DNA of 63,180 nt, counting the filler, from Octopus bimaculoides (taxonomy: Eukaryota): the NCBI RefSeq assembly GCF_001194135.2. It is 7 parts of 7 records of this genome, joined end to end, with 100 filler letters (N's around TTAATTAATTAA, not from the genome) between each part and the next. Parts side by side here need not be neighbours in the genome. Positions count along the whole stretch, not along the records: positions 29,228 to 52,131 come from NC_068981.1; positions 52,232 to 62,068 come from NC_069000.1; 5 more parts are not named here. One strand, 5' to 3'. Positions 48,030 through 62,068 of the stretch are shown piece after piece (position 1 is the first letter of the stretch; the number at the start of each line of letters is the position of its first letter). Both the position numbers and the translations under genes were made by a program. The notes beneath the pieces are model-generated. The model did not search any database. It had not been told where the DNA came from and saw only the letters and a list, made by a program, of their open reading frames with translations.

Positions 48030-48729
48030 ATATATATATATATACACAGACATCTATATACCTTCACACATGTATATGCATTTAAAATATATATGCGTTC
48101 ATATATACATATATATGTATTTGTGTGTATGTGTGTGTGTGTAAATATATCCTTTGGAACTTGCCATTATCATAACATCTGACAAAAATACTTCCATTAC
48201 TAATTCTCAGACATTTGAAGAAAATAATGCTGATTAACATATGTAGAGAAGGCCATAATCCCCGATAATCCTATACTTTTAAAATATTTATCTTCTTGCT
48301 CCGTATTAATGGGTCGACTGTTTTTATTTTATTATATATTCATATAATTTATATGTACTTCATCTTGTTTGCTTTGAAGAGCGAACAGTCAAAGGTTCGT
48401 AACTCCAGATACGTACGAGTTTACTCAAATGATTCCTCCCAAGTAGAAGGATATCAGAACTTACTATTTCCATTGATCTTATGGCTGTGGAAATCATCCT
48501 TGCTTTTTGCAATGTTTACTTGAGAGAAAGCTTCTCAGAGATTGGTTTTCAGAAAGCGTTTTTCGATTTTCTTGTCAGTTATCAGTTAAGCACGATTGTC
48601 TTGTGAAGGAATGTATTTTAGCATGATGACATCTTAAGTGTCATTAAAATAAGTCGAAGAGATTCTTCTTCGAAAGTTGAGTTGAATGTAAATCAGCAAA
48701 TACCACAAGAATAAATCTTAACGCAAATA

Positions 48730-49041
48730 CAGTAATCCCTCGACTATCACGGGCGTTACGTTCCAAAACCCGCCTGCAATAAGTGAAAATCTGCAAAATA
48801 GAAACAGTACTGTACTTCTTTACTCTTTTACTTCTTTCAGTCATTTGACTGCGTCCATGCTGGAGCACCGCTTTTAGTCGAGCACATCGGTCCCAGGACT
48901 TATTCTTTATAAGCCTAGTATTTATTCTATCGGTCTCTTTTGCCGAACCGCTAGTTTACGCGGGCGTAAACACACCAGCATCGGTTGTCAAGCGATGTTG
49001 GGGGGACAATCACAGACACACAAATACACACACACACACAA

Positions 49042-49104
<63 letters not shown>

Positions 49105-49405
49105 CATATAAACGACGTGCTTCTTTCAGTTTCCGTCTACCAAATCCACTCACAAGGCTTTGGTTAGCTCGAGGCTATAGTAGAAGACACTTGCCCAAGA
49201 TGCTTACCAACCCGGAACCACGTGGTTGGTAAGCGAGCTACTTATCACACAGCCGCTCCTGTATTCTATTTTTTAAAAATTATTTTTCTAATTTGTATAT
49301 ATTGATTTTATTATAAATACAAAACAACGCCACGGAGGACCGAACCAACGTAAGCCGAAATAATAAACCGCGATAGGTGAACCACGATATGATGAGGGAT
49401 TACTC
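48730..49405. mobile_element. Pogo/Tigger-like MITE interrupted by a SINE B+C insertion (48816-49263, minus)
   Basis: TA|cagtaatccctcgactatc left end and gatatgatgagggattactc|TA right end. Confidence 0.65.
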
Positions 49406-49539
49406 TATGCTGTTTCTTGTTTCTTAATTATTTTCATAAATTATATTTTAAATGATTTTCTGAAACTCAAGTTGAAGTCATTTATAGATAGATATATATA
49501 CACCGGATGTTCAGAATTGAATTGAAAACTTGACAGTTT

Positions 49540-49750
49540 TTATCTTTTACTTGTATTAGTTATTAGCCTGCGGCCCTACTGGAGCACCGTTCTGAGGAAT
49601 TTTTAGTCAAACGAATCGACGCCAGCTCATATTTTCTTTCTCTTTAAGTCCGGTAATATATTCTAAAAGTCTCTTTTACCGAACCGCTACACTAAGTTAC
49701 GGGGACGTAAACGCACCTACACCGGTTGTCAAGTGGTGGTGAGGGACAAA
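49540..49750 (-). mobile_element. SINE module C
   Basis: gcctgcggccctactggagcaccg...gaaccgctac...accggttgtcaag. Confidence 0.75.
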
Positions 49751-49854
49751 CACATACATGCGGACTCACACGCACACACATATATACATCATATATACAT
49801 AAAACATTCTATGTGGATAAACTCAAAAGGAAACCTAAAACTGTTCATAGTATA

Positions 49855-49893
<39 letters not shown>

Positions 49894-50334
49894 ACACACG
49901 CGCATATATATATATATATATGGGAGAATATACAAAAAATAACAACAGACGAGGACAGGTGGTGTAAATAACAAAAGTATATATTANNNNNNNNNNNNNN
50001 NNNNNNNNNNNNNNNNNNNNNNNNNNNNNNNNNNNNNNNNNNNNNNNNNNNNNNNNNNNNNNNNNNNNNNNNNNNNNNNNNNNNNNNNNNNNNNNNNNNN
50101 NNNNNNNNNNNNNNNNNNNNNNNNNNNNNNNNNNNNNNNNNNNNNNNNNNNATATATATATATATATATATACGATAGATTTCTTTCAGTTTCTGTTTAC
50201 CCAGCCCTTTCAAAAAGTTTTGATCAGTTCAAGGCTACCGTAGAAGACATTTACTCCAGGTGCCACGAAGTGGGACTGAAACACGACCCATGTGGTTGGG
50301 AAGAAAATTACTTACCACACGGTAGCCCCCATTT

Positions 50335-50978
50335 TCGACGATTATGAGATCTATACATATCTTATCCGGCCTGGAATGGGAGGCAGAGTGGCATTGCTGT
50401 TTAGGAAAAGCCTGGATATTGATGTTCGGACGATCACCCTAGACCTGGGGGTTAAGTTGGTGAGCCTGGACTTGAGCAACAGCGAAGGTAGTGCCTTTAG
50501 ACTAGTCGCTGTATACGTTCAGATGGAGGCGGGACAGCCAGATTTCTTCAGACTTTTGGAGGTTTTCCTTAAGACGTCAGGCTTTTTAATGTTAGTAGAA
50601 GACTGGAACGTCATCTTGGATGTACGCCTGGATAGGGTTGGGTTTGTCAATACAAGAAGCGGGAGTAAAATCTTCCAGTTGGCTTGCAGGGACCGACTGG
50701 ATTTCCCGAATGCGCCAGTGTGAACATAGACAATCTGCTTCGGGTTTTCCAGATCGTATCTAGAAAAAGTATTTCGTAGGCCTGTAGATAGAAGTAGTAT
50801 AAGTTGTTAACAGTTCAAAGATATCGGGTACACAGACCACAAGTTTTGTGATCTGTACGATCGACATAGTTAGGGTCCACAGACAGTGTCCCAGATACTG
50901 AAGGCTGAACGCATCCTTCCCACGCATCAAGCTTTCAGGGACTGAGTGAGCAAGTTAGTCCACCGGAAGTTGGCGGGT
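50335..50978 (+). mobile_element. L1/Tx1-clade AP endonuclease fragment (ORF2 N-terminus), degenerate
   Basis: GGRVALLFRK, FRLVAVYV, EDWNVILDVRLD (GDWN motif variant), later yTDHK and ywkLNAS-like remnants. Preceded by SINE B (-) at 50175-50330. Confidence 0.8.
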
Positions 50979-50981
50979 GCA

Positions 50982-51145
50982 AAAAGCGGCGAGTTGGCAG
51001 AATGGTTAGCAGGCCGGAAGTGTTTAGCGGTATTTCACCCGTCGCTACGTTCTGAGTTCAACACTCACAACACCCGGTCTGGGAATCGAAACCACGATCC
51101 CTCGACCGCGAGTCCGCTACCCTAACCACTGGGTCATTGCGCCTC

Positions 51146-51180
<35 letters not shown>

Positions 51181-51525
51181 ACTTGTTTCAGTCATTTGAC
51201 TGCAGCCACGCTTGATCACCGCTTTAAAGGGTTTTAGTCGAACAAATCGACCCTAGCATTTGTTCTTTGTAAACCTAGTACTCATTGTATCGTTCCCGTT
51301 GGCCGAACTGCTAAGTTACGGGGAGGTAAACAACCAGCATCGGTTTTCAAGCGATGACGGGTGAACAAAGACACACATTCACATCAATGCACACCCACAC
51401 GCACAGACGCGCGCGCGCACACACACATATTTATACGATAGGCTTCTTTCAGTTTCCGTCTAATAAAGCCACAAGTCTCTAGTCGATCCTAGGCTATAGT
51501 AGAAGACACCTACCCAAGGTGTCAC
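50982..51525. mobile_element. SINE pile-up: A head (+, 50982-51060), tRNA-like H head (-, 51061-51148), C+B (-, 51175-51525)
   Basis: Similarity to other copies in the window. Confidence 0.7.
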
Positions 51526-51537
51526 ATAGCATCTATC

Positions 51538-51568
<31 letters not shown>

Positions 51569-51582
51569 CTATCTCTGTCTGC

Positions 51583-51623
<41 letters not shown>

Positions 51624-51645
51624 AATCTATCTGTCTATCTATCTA

Positions 51646-52131
51646 GAAATAACGATGTTACCCAGTTACCTTGGCCAAAAGGTAACAAAGGTAACAATAA
51701 AACACGCACCTCCAACAATAGACACACTATGGTTGATATCGGCCATATGTGTCGATATGGACAACATAAACATACTTAAAATAAACGTTGGAGAAAGCAA
51801 CTGGACGGGAAAAAACATACAAATCCTGTTTCACACAAACGAAAAGGAAATCAAAAAAATCCCACCATACATCCGTTTGGCAGGAAACCAAAAGTTACAT
51901 ATAGTGGTAGAGGGCAGGCGGCCTCGCTGTTACTTATGCGACAGCGAGGCACACCTCAAAAAGGAGTGTCCGACTGCCCGAAAAACACAACAACAACAAC
52001 AACAAGAACTAACTAAACACACAAAAAAAGCCTTGCTGCCCACACCGCCATCCACACAAAAAACAACAAAAGCAACATCAACAACATCAACGAAAGAAAA
52101 TACAACAAAAACTACAAAATTAACAAACAAA
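51646..52131 (+). mobile_element. L1/Tx1-type ORF1 fragment with CCHC zinc knuckle
   Basis: LHIVVEGRRPRCYLCDSEAHLKKECP (CX2CX4HX4C) followed by a K/T/Q-rich tail. Ends at a join pad. Confidence 0.75.
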
Positions 52132-52244
52132 NNNNNNNNNNNNNNNNNNNNNNNNNNNNNNNNNNNNNNNNNNNNTTAATTAATTAANNNNNNNNNNNNN
52201 NNNNNNNNNNNNNNNNNNNNNNNNNNNNNNNGTAATAGTTGTAG

Positions 52245-52630
52245 TGGTTTTAAATTTGTACCATGGGCAGCAGTTTCGAAGGTAGAGGCTAAATCGATAC
52301 ATTTGACACCAGTACTTGACTGGTACTTCCTTTCATCGATGTATTTTTAACCTGATTTATCGAAGGCGAAGCTGACTTCGGCGAAATTTGAATTCAGTAT
52401 GCAAAAAAAAAAGAAAAAAAAAAAAGAAAGAAAAACCGAAAACGAAAAATAATTTTGTATAATTTTCGCTGCTTTATGATTTCCAAATTAGGCAGAAGGT
52501 CAATAATTTTGAGAGGAGGGGAGCTTAGTCGATGTCATCTACTAGTTAATTTTGTCGGCCCCGGTGAGATGAAATGTAAGGATAACCTCGACGGGAAAAG
52601 AATCCTGAAGGCAGCGAAACGGAAGAAATA
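52245..52630 (-). mobile_element. Two diverged SINE family A copies
   Basis: accagtacttgactggtac / gacttcggcgaaatttgaattcag, and gtcggccccggtgagatgaaatgtaag. Confidence 0.6.
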
Positions 52631-52955
52631 TCGCCAAGATATTTAATCAATCTGTTAATTCGCCAAAATAATTCTTTCAAATTTTGCAACAGGGTCAGAA
52701 ATATTAGGGGAAGGGATGAGTCTAAAAAAAAACTGGGTGTCTGTGTTCGTGCACGAGTACATACATATATATGTCTGTGTGTGGCTGTGTGCTTGGGGGT
52801 GAGGATTGTGTGAGTGGGTTTGTAGAGAGCTTTGAAGTCAATTGATAGCTTCATCATGGTGAGTTATCTGATAGTTAACTATAGATTAAAACATCTCATT
52901 GTATTAACGGGTGGTACGTAACTGATATCATTAAATATAGCCTGCACCCATACCA

Positions 52956-52994
<39 letters not shown>

Positions 52995-55504
52995 GCTATC
53001 TATCTATCTCCCCCCATTCCCCGTATATTTTTTCTATGAGCATGATTCATCTCTCCGTCCTTATGTATTTCCTATGTGAACCGTGAAATCGGACTGAATG
53101 CCATATTAATTAACATGTATGTATTTCTGGTTTTGAGGTTATCGTTATGAATCGGTGTTTATTGTTTGGACTCGCGTCAGCCTTGCTTTCAGTCTAGAGG
53201 CCTTCCGTTCCAGCCGTGACCATCCTGCAGTATCAGGTAGAGATCTACCTCCGATTACAATATCGAATGTGTCTTTCCTTTGTTAATTCTAAGATGGTGA
53301 CGTATGATTCGAAAAAGAGAGGGGAGGGGGAGACAGACAAACGGAGAGAGGAAGTGCGGGAGAGGTGGGAGAAAAGAAGGAAAGAGGATGGGGAGGGAGA
53401 TGAGGGGAGAGGAAGAGGAGGAGAGAGTGAGATGAGGGCAGAGGAAAATGGAGTGAGGGGGAGAGAGGGAGAGGGAGAGGAAAGAAGAACGGGGAAGGAG
53501 AGGGGCATCGATGAGGAGTTGGAATGAGAAGGGGATTATGTGGATGGTATTACGTTTGTGCTTTGGGGGGAGGGGCAACGCCAATGACGTTGACACTGGA
53601 GCCGTGTCGTATCGTATTTTGCTTTCACTTCGGAGAACAGCGATGGCATGGAGACGGTGAGACTAGCACAAATGATAAACAAAAAGTAAATGAATCTGCA
53701 AATAAATGAATAAATAAATAAGGGTCCACCCGGAGCTGTCTCCTTGAAGAAAAAGATTTTCGGTATAGATTCTCTGCTTGTTTATATCAGACAACAAAGA
53801 ACATTTGAAATAAAAGACACACACAATACACGTATTTATATATACGCATGTATATATATATATATACTTCGTTTTTGGATTTGGTTTGCAAGATTCTTTA
53901 TGTGAGTTCGTGTGTTTGAAGCATATTTCGTTGTGTCTGGAAAGAGTCATTCCCTTTTAGTGCCTTATTATTTTTAACACTCACCGGTAAAAAATTTCCA
54001 CTCAACGACTATTGGAGAGGTTGCAAGGCGCAACGAAAATTTTCGGAAAAATAAGTAAATGAGAATGATTCCCCCCAGACACAACTAGATATATACATAC
54101 ATATATATATATNNNNNNNNNNNNNNNNNNNNTATATATATAAATTTAAGATCCAAGGATTGAGGTGTAGGAAGAAGGTTAGCTTCAAGCACACCGCAGA
54201 AAATTCCGAGTTTCCGCTCGCTTTGAAACTTATGCAGTCCGGATATTATCTACTTCATTCCTTAACTCTTGTATATAAGAGCAATCCATCGGTTACGACG
54301 ACGAGGGTCTTAGCTGATACGATCAACGGAACAGCTTGCTCATGAAATCAACGTGCAAGTGGCTGAGTACTCCACAGGCACGTGTACCCTTAACGTAGTT
54401 TTCAGGGAGATTAAGCGTGACACGGAGTGTGACAAGGCTGGCGCTTGTAAATTATGTTAAAAGTTACCCAAATTCATTCCCACTGTATTGTGTGAAAGTA
54501 GGCATCTTGAGAGTCTTTCAGAAATGCTATTAATGATCTTCTCATTAGACCACTGAATAGACTGGGATTCTTCGGAGCTGTGTCGACATTTCCTAGAAAT
54601 GATATTGTATGGTTTTTTTCGTGCCTTACTATGGATCAAGTTATGTGAAACTGAATTTTATTTTCCTTCAGTCGCCACACAAAATCGGCCAAAGATGTTG
54701 AATGCCTCTTAATGATTCTCTTGAAGCTGGCGACATGGTTCCGACAACGATTCTTAAATGAATCAGCCGTCTGCTCAATGTAAAAATACGCACCGCCATC
54801 TTATGTACACGGTACATTTATAAACAAGGTTTGATTATCGATCTATCTATCTATCTATCTATCTATCTAGCTATGCAGAATATGGGAGTTTAGTTCACTG
54901 GTGGTCTAAACGAATAGGTACGCTAGGTAAGTGCTGTAACGGATTATAAGGGTTCCAAGCTCGTAACTGAGACGGGAACTATGGATCTATTTTAGGTTTC
55001 CGATTTGCCAGATATATATTTGTAAAAGAGGACAACAAACACCGAGGCATAGAGTGAGAGGGAGAGAAAGAAAGAAAGAGAGAGAGAGAGACTGATACAT
55101 ACATACATACATACATACATACAGTGATATACAATTATATTTGTCTGTATGAATGTTTATGTGTATGTGTGTTATGTGTTAATGCTTTTAAAGTGCACAG
55201 GCACATGTAATAAGTAAAAACACCTATACTAAAAAATATAGCAAAACGCGAATGATGATTCAGATAATATAATTCTGGCTACATAACTAAAGCATTAATA
55301 AAATAAACTGACACGGGAAATCTGTCATGTCATACGTTATGCAAATAGATACAAATCCCATTGAATTAATTCCTTGACAACCACAAAGACTGAAATCATA
55401 TGACACATATTTACAAGAAAAAACGCTTTGCAGTATAAAAATGCGAGCACACGCACGCACACACACATATACACTTACACACACACACACACATATATAC
55501 ACTT

Positions 55505-55575
<71 letters not shown>

Positions 55576-56787
55576 NNNNNNNNNNNNNNNNNNNNNNNNN
55601 NNNNNNNNNNNNNNNNNNNNNNNNNNNNNNNNNNNNNNNNNNNNNNNNNNNNNNNNNNNNNNNNNNNNNNNNNNNNNNNNNNNNNNNNNNNNNNNNNNNN
55701 NNNNNNNNNNNNNNNNNNNNNNNNNNNNNNNNNNNNNNNNNNNNNNNNNNNNNNNNNNNNNNNNNNNNNNNNNNNNNNNNNNNNNNNNNNNNNNNNNNNN
55801 NNNNNNNNNNNNNNNNNNNNNNNNNNNNNNNNNNNNNNNNNNNNNNNNNNNNNNNNNNNNNNNNNNNNNNNNNNNNNNNNNNNNNNNNNNNNNNNNNNNN
55901 NNNNNNNNNNNNNNNNNNNNNNNNNNNNNNNNNNNNNNNNNNNNNNNNNNNNNNNNNNNNNNNNNNNNNNNNNNNNNNNNNNNNNNNNNNNNNNNNNNNN
56001 NNNNNNNNNNNNNNNNNNNNNNNNNNNNNNNNNNNNNNNNNNNNNNNNNNNNNNNNNNNNNNNNNNNNNNNNNNNNNNNNNNNNNNNNNNNNNNNNNNNN
56101 NNNNNNNNNNNNNNNNNNNNNNNNNNNNNNNNNNNNNNNNNNNNNNNNNNNNNNNNNNNNNNNNNNNNNNNNNNNNNNNNNNNNNNNNNNNNNNNNNNNN
56201 NNNNNNNNNNNNNNNNNNNNNNNNNNNNNNNNNNNNNNNNNNNNNNNNNNNNNNNNNNNNNNNNNNNNNNNNNNNNNNNNNNNNNNNNNNNNNNNNNNNN
56301 NNNNNNNNNNNNNNNNNNNNNNNNNNNNNNNNNNNNNNNNNNNNNNNNNNNNNNNNNNNNNNNNNNNNNNNNNNNNNNNNNNNNNNNNNNNNNNNNNNNN
56401 NNNNNNNNNNNNNNNNNNNNNNNNNNNNNNNNNNNNNNNNNNNNNNNNNNNNNNNNNNNNNNNNNNCACACACACATCATTCAGTGGCAACCATATTGAC
56501 AGATATCCATCACGTTGTTGATTGTAACGGGGGAGGGGGATAAGAATCAATATTCAAAGTGGCACGGTGAGGTGACAGGTGGGCGGTGTCAAGGAAATAT
56601 TTCCTTTACTTTCCCAGCTTTATGTTTAAATTCTACAATATTCGACGTCAATTTGATATACAAAAACAAAAATACATACATTATATACATACACACATAC
56701 ATATTATACATGTACGTATATGTATAAATATGTACATACACGTACATATATGTATATATATATATATATACACATATGCATATATAC

Positions 56788-56820
<33 letters not shown>

Positions 56821-57574
56821 AGTATGTATATGTATATATATGTGTGTGTGTGTGTGTGTGTGCCCAAAAGTTAGGGAGTGGAGTAGATAAAGTCCAGACT
56901 ACATATGTTTCATAGCTAGCGGGACTTGGAAGTAGTAAATCATCCAAGCGAGGAGTAGACTACTCTTCAGGCCAAAGATACCTTGATTATATGAAGTTTA
57001 CATTGTCATTAGATCACGTGTTAACTCGTTGAGGATTCGATCGAATACACACACACCACACACGCACAAACACACACATCCACATACACATGCATACATA
57101 TGCACACAAGCAAGTATATACAAAATATGCATACACATACTGAGAAGCGTAAATATAGTCTTGCATACAATTTTACGTATACAAAGATATATACACACAC
57201 ATATATACACGTATTTACAAATACACGTGTGCATGTACAAATTCATACGCAAACGTTCACTCACAAATGGATATAAAGCAAACACACACAGATGCATTCA
57301 TATATCTAAAGGTATGTGCATATACAAAACTATAAACATATATCGAAGCACACACATAAAGCTATCAACGACAGCATTGAAATAATGGGTAAAAAATCCC
57401 TTCGCAATAGAAAAGGAAGAAGGTTGCTTCAACTTTTTCCAGTCACAGGGGGTTTCTCAACCCAATATTTGCTTGCTATTGCTTAAAGTTTTATATGTGG
57501 GCTTCAAAAAGGAATAATTCCAGATTCTGTCACAAGTCTATAAAATTCTTATGACATCAACAATCTATACATAT

Positions 57575-57611
<37 letters not shown>

Positions 57612-57811
57612 TATAGATATATATATATAGATCGATTTGTATATAAACATATACATACACTCGTAAATATATGCTTACATGTATGCATGTATGTATGAAT
57701 GTATTATGTATGTATGTATGTATGTATGTACGTGCGTATGTATGTATGTATGTATGTATGTATGTATGTATGTATGTATGTACACATGCGCGCAGATTTT
57801 TTTTCTTCTTT

Positions 57812-57922
57812 TATTCTTTTAATTGTTTCAGTTATGTGATTTCGGCCATGCTGGAGCTTCGCCTTAGAAAGTTTTAGTCGAAGAAATCGACCCCAGGACT
57901 TATTCTTTAGAAGCCTAGTACT
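57812..57922 (-). mobile_element. SINE module C 3' part
   Basis: cggccatgctggagc...gtcgaagaaatcgaccccaggacttattcttt. Confidence 0.75.
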
Positions 57923-58022
57923 NNNNNNNNNNNNNNNNNNNNNNNNNNNNNNNNNNNNNNNNNNNNNNNNNNNNNNNNNNNNNNNNNNNNNNNNNNNNNN
58001 NNNNNNNNNNNNNNNNNNNNNN

Positions 58023-58058
<36 letters not shown>

Positions 58059-59109
58059 AACACACAAAGGTATATATACATATATATAGATATGGAGAGA
58101 TAGATATGCATGTACATATACATATGTATATATATGCGTGTGTGTATGTGTCTGTGTTTATGTGTATATATATATGTACAGTATGTATATATCTGGGGAA
58201 CCAGTTCTACAAGCCTAGATGTCATATATTATCCGTCACACACACCCCTCACATTATATATAGTTGTGTATGCCTAAGTATATCTGAGTATGTATGTGTG
58301 CGTGTATGTTTTATATATTAGCTCCAGCCCAAATGTGTGTATGCATCTATATATATATGTGTGTGTGTGTGTGTATGAGATAGAGAGGGAGAGAGAGAGA
58401 GAGAGAGAGAAAGAGAGGGAGCGCAAGAGAGGAGTATAAATGTACTTGAAGTTGAAACTTTGCCGTGCTCCTGAGGGTTAAGTGGCTAAGTCAACCTTGG
58501 CAGCATACGAACCAATAAAATTAGAAATATGTAACAAAATACCTGACACTCCAGCATTTCTTACTGACATAAACCATTCGCTCATTTATCCAATACTCAC
58601 GCGCACACGTGTGTATGTGTGTGTGTGGTGTATATATATATATATATATNNNNNNNNNNNNNNNNNNNNNNNNNNNNNNNNNNNNNNNNNNNNNNNNNNN
58701 NNNNNNNNNNNNNNNNNNNNNNNNNNNNNNNNNNNNNNNNNNNNNNNNNNNNNNNNNNNNNNNNNNNNNNNNNNNNNNNNNNNNNNNNNNNNNNNNNNNN
58801 NNNNNNNNNNNNNNNNNNNNNNNNNNNNNNNNNNNNNNNNNNNNNNNNNNNNNNNNNNNNNNNNNNNNNNNNNNNNNNNNNNNNNNNNNNNNNNNNNNNN
58901 NNNNNNNNNNNNNNNNNNNNNNNNNNNNNNNNNNNNNNNNNNNNNNNNNNNNNNNNNNNNNNNNNNNNNNNNNNNNNNNNNNNNNNNNNNNNNNNNNNNN
59001 NNNNNNNNNNNNNNNNNNNTATGTATGTATATACACACTCGCGCGCAAGTAACACTTGCCATCATTAATTACTTAATGAAAAGAGTAATCTATCTTAATA
59101 CATTAATAG

Positions 59110-59266
59110 GTACAGGCATGGCCGAGTTGTTAAGAAGCTCGTTTTGCAACCTCTTGTAGGGTTCAAACTCTGCCTAGAACCTTGAACAAGTGTCGTCTAC
59201 TCTTTGGGCCTGGGCCGGCCAATGTCTTGTGAGTGAATTTGGTAGACAGAAACTGTGTACAAGGGC

Positions 59267-59309
<43 letters not shown>

Positions 59310-59375
59310 CATCCATCTATCTATCTATCTACCTGTCTGTCTGTCTATCTATTTATCTTTCTAACCTATCTGTCT

Positions 59376-59414
<39 letters not shown>

Positions 59415-59560
59415 TTTTGCTTGTGCTTACTCTAACACCACTTGACAACTTGTGTTGGTTTGTTTACGTCTTCGTCTCTTAACGATTCGGCAAAGTAGAC
59501 TAGTAGAACAATTGAAATCTAAGAACGTGGGTATCGATTTGTTCAACGAAAACCCTTCAC
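59110..59560 (+). mobile_element. Diverged composite SINE B+C with internal (TCTA)/(GT)n
   Basis: ggcatggccgagttgttaag head, gggccggccaatgtcttgtgagtgaatttggtagac body, then module C. Confidence 0.65.
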
Positions 59561-59689
59561 TGGGGTGTCCCAACATGGACGCAGTCCAATCACTGACACC
59601 GGTGAAAGATGAAAGCTACTGCTACACAGCATTTCTGGTGTATTCTCCGTAAACGAAGCAGCCTCTGGGGCGTTTCCTCTCGCTGCACT

Positions 59690-59920
59690 TGCTGCGCATT
59701 ATAAGAATCTTCTGAAAATCTACTGCAGCAGACACGGAAGTAATATAACAAGGTCAGTGGGTTATGTCTGAAGTCTACGTTACCGATACGACTTAAAACG
59801 CTTGGTCACATGGTACAACTGGAGGACAGTCGATTGCCAAAATAGGTTCTGTATGGTGAGCTGATTCAGTGCCTGCAATGCAAGCCAATGAAGAATTATA
59901 AAAGACGATCCGAAAGATCC
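59690..59920 (+). mobile_element. RTE-clade LINE C-terminal remnant
   Basis: LGHMVQLEDSRLPK*VLYGEL...KNYKD matches the RTE motif W.GHV.RM...RLPK..LYGEL...RYKD. Confidence 0.75.
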
Positions 59921-60766
59921 GGTGATTAAAAAAAAAAGGTGGGGGGGAAACAGCATTGTCATCAACGTGCCGTAAGTTTATGTACCAAGCAGATGTACTA
60001 TACACATATATNNNNNNNNNNNNNNNNNNNNNNNNNNNNNNNNNNNNNNNNNNNNNNNNNNNNNNNNNNNNNNNNNNNNNNNNNNNNNNNNNNNNNNNNN
60101 NNNNNNNNNNNNNNNNNNNNNNNNNNNNNNNNNNNNNNNNNNNNNNNNNNNNNNNNNNNNNNNNNNNNNNNNNNNNNNNNNNNNNNNNNNNNNNNNNNNN
60201 NNNNNNNNNNNNNNNNNNNNNNNNNNNNNNNNNNNNNNNNNNNNNNNNNNNNNNNNNNNNNNNNNNNNNNNNNNNNNNNNNNNNNNNNNNNNNNNNNNNN
60301 NNNNNNNNNNNNNNNNNNNNNNNNNNNNNNNNNNNNNNNNNNNNNNNNNNNNNNNNNNNNNNNNNNNNNNNNNNNNNNNNNNNNNNNNNNNNNNNNNNNN
60401 NNNNNNNNNNNNNNNNNNNNNNNNNNNNNNNNNNNNNNNNNNNNNNNNNNNNNNNNNNNNNNNNNNNNNNNNNNNNNNNNNNNNNNNNNNNNNNNNNNNN
60501 NNNNNNNNNNNNNNNNNNNNNNNNNNNNNNNNNNNNNNNNNNNNNNNNNNNNNNNNNNNNNNNNNNNNNNNNNNNNNNNNNNNNNNNNNNNNNNNNNNNN
60601 NNNNNNNNNNNNNNNNNNNNNNNNNNNNNNNNNNNNNNNNNNNNNNNNNNNNNNNNNNNNNNNNNNNNNNNNNNNNNNNNNTATATATATATATATATAT
60701 GTATATTTAGATACATACATATATATGCATGCACACACATACACACACAACGCACACACACACACA

Positions 60767-60817
<51 letters not shown>

Positions 60818-61051
60818 CACACACAAATATATGCATGTATATGTATATGTATATAAATATGTATATGCAGGTGATTTTATAATTTTGCTAAACCGAAAAA
60901 TAAAAATAGGACTGCAGGTGATCTGTATGCATTATATACATATATATATATATACATATATAAACTATGGGTTAGAAGTTATGCAACCGTCTAAGGGATA
61001 AATGTATCCGTAGGCACTACTGGTGTCTTGCTTAGCTATGTATAGGCCTTG

Positions 61052-61332
61052 CTGTGCCCTTAACGTAGTTCTCGGGGAGATTCAGCCTGACACAGTGTGA
61101 CAAGGCTGGTTCCTTTGAAATACAGGTTCAACAGAAACAGGAAGATAGAGTGAGAAAAACTTGTGGTGAAAGAGTACAGCAGGGTTCGCTCCTTCTCCCT
61201 CACTGCCAGAGCCTCGTGGAGCTGTAGGTGTTTTCACTCAATAAACACTCACAATGCCCTGTTTCGGAATCGAAACCGCGATCCTACGACCGCGAGTCCG
61301 CTGCCCTAACCACTGGGCCATTGCGTTTCCAC
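61052..61332 (-). mobile_element. tRNA-derived SINE H
   Basis: Head gtggaaacgcaatggcccagtggttagggcagcggactcgcggtcgtaggatcgcggtttcgattcc (A and B boxes). Tail shared with SINE G. Confidence 0.75.
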
Positions 61333-62031
61333 AGTAGTATATATTATATATAGTTTTCCGAAACTTTAATTTAGGCACGTACCTCGAGAATATATGATTA
61401 ATAGCTTACGGAATGGTTAATTGATTTAAGTTAGAGATATAATGTATTAATTTAATATTGGTTTTAATTTTATTAATTTATTAATCTGATTTGTTAATAT
61501 TTTTGTTTTCCTTGATTAGATCGTTCATTTGTTTTCTCACAATTGTGCACTAATATCGATGACGTAATATTCAGCTATTTTAATTAGTAAACAGTTTTGA
61601 TTCGTCATCATTTCGTAGCTTTCTACACCTTAACACACACACGCACACAAACACAAAGGAATAGTAACGGTTTTTTAAATACACCTGTTGCTAAAAACAC
61701 ACATATCTGAGACTATCAAAAGTCTACTAACACGTTGGTATGTAACTCCTCTCAAACAAATTTTCTACCCTGACTTATATACCCAATTTACTATACTCGA
61801 TATGAAAATTTAAATTAATTTTTCAAATTGAATTATCTAGGTATGGAAACACCTTTAGGTGTAAAATGAATTGATGTTTATATTTTAATTTCTTCATTTT
61901 CTTTTTCTCATACAAGAAAACACACACACACACACACACATTTAAAACAAGGATAAAAATCATGTTAATGATTATTATCAGGTAGTCAGCATAGAAAAAA
62001 ACAATTTATAGCAGTTTATATTTTAAATTAA

Positions 62032-62068
<37 letters not shown>

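Noticed and set aside
53216-53527. Glu/Arg/Gly-rich ORF
   Set aside because: Purine-rich low-complexity tract.
61260-61332. tRNA-like sequences with A and B boxes (also 34450-34530, 51061-51148, 32880-32960)
   Set aside because: These are SINE heads continuing into repeat bodies. No complete cloverleaf, so not called as tRNA genes.
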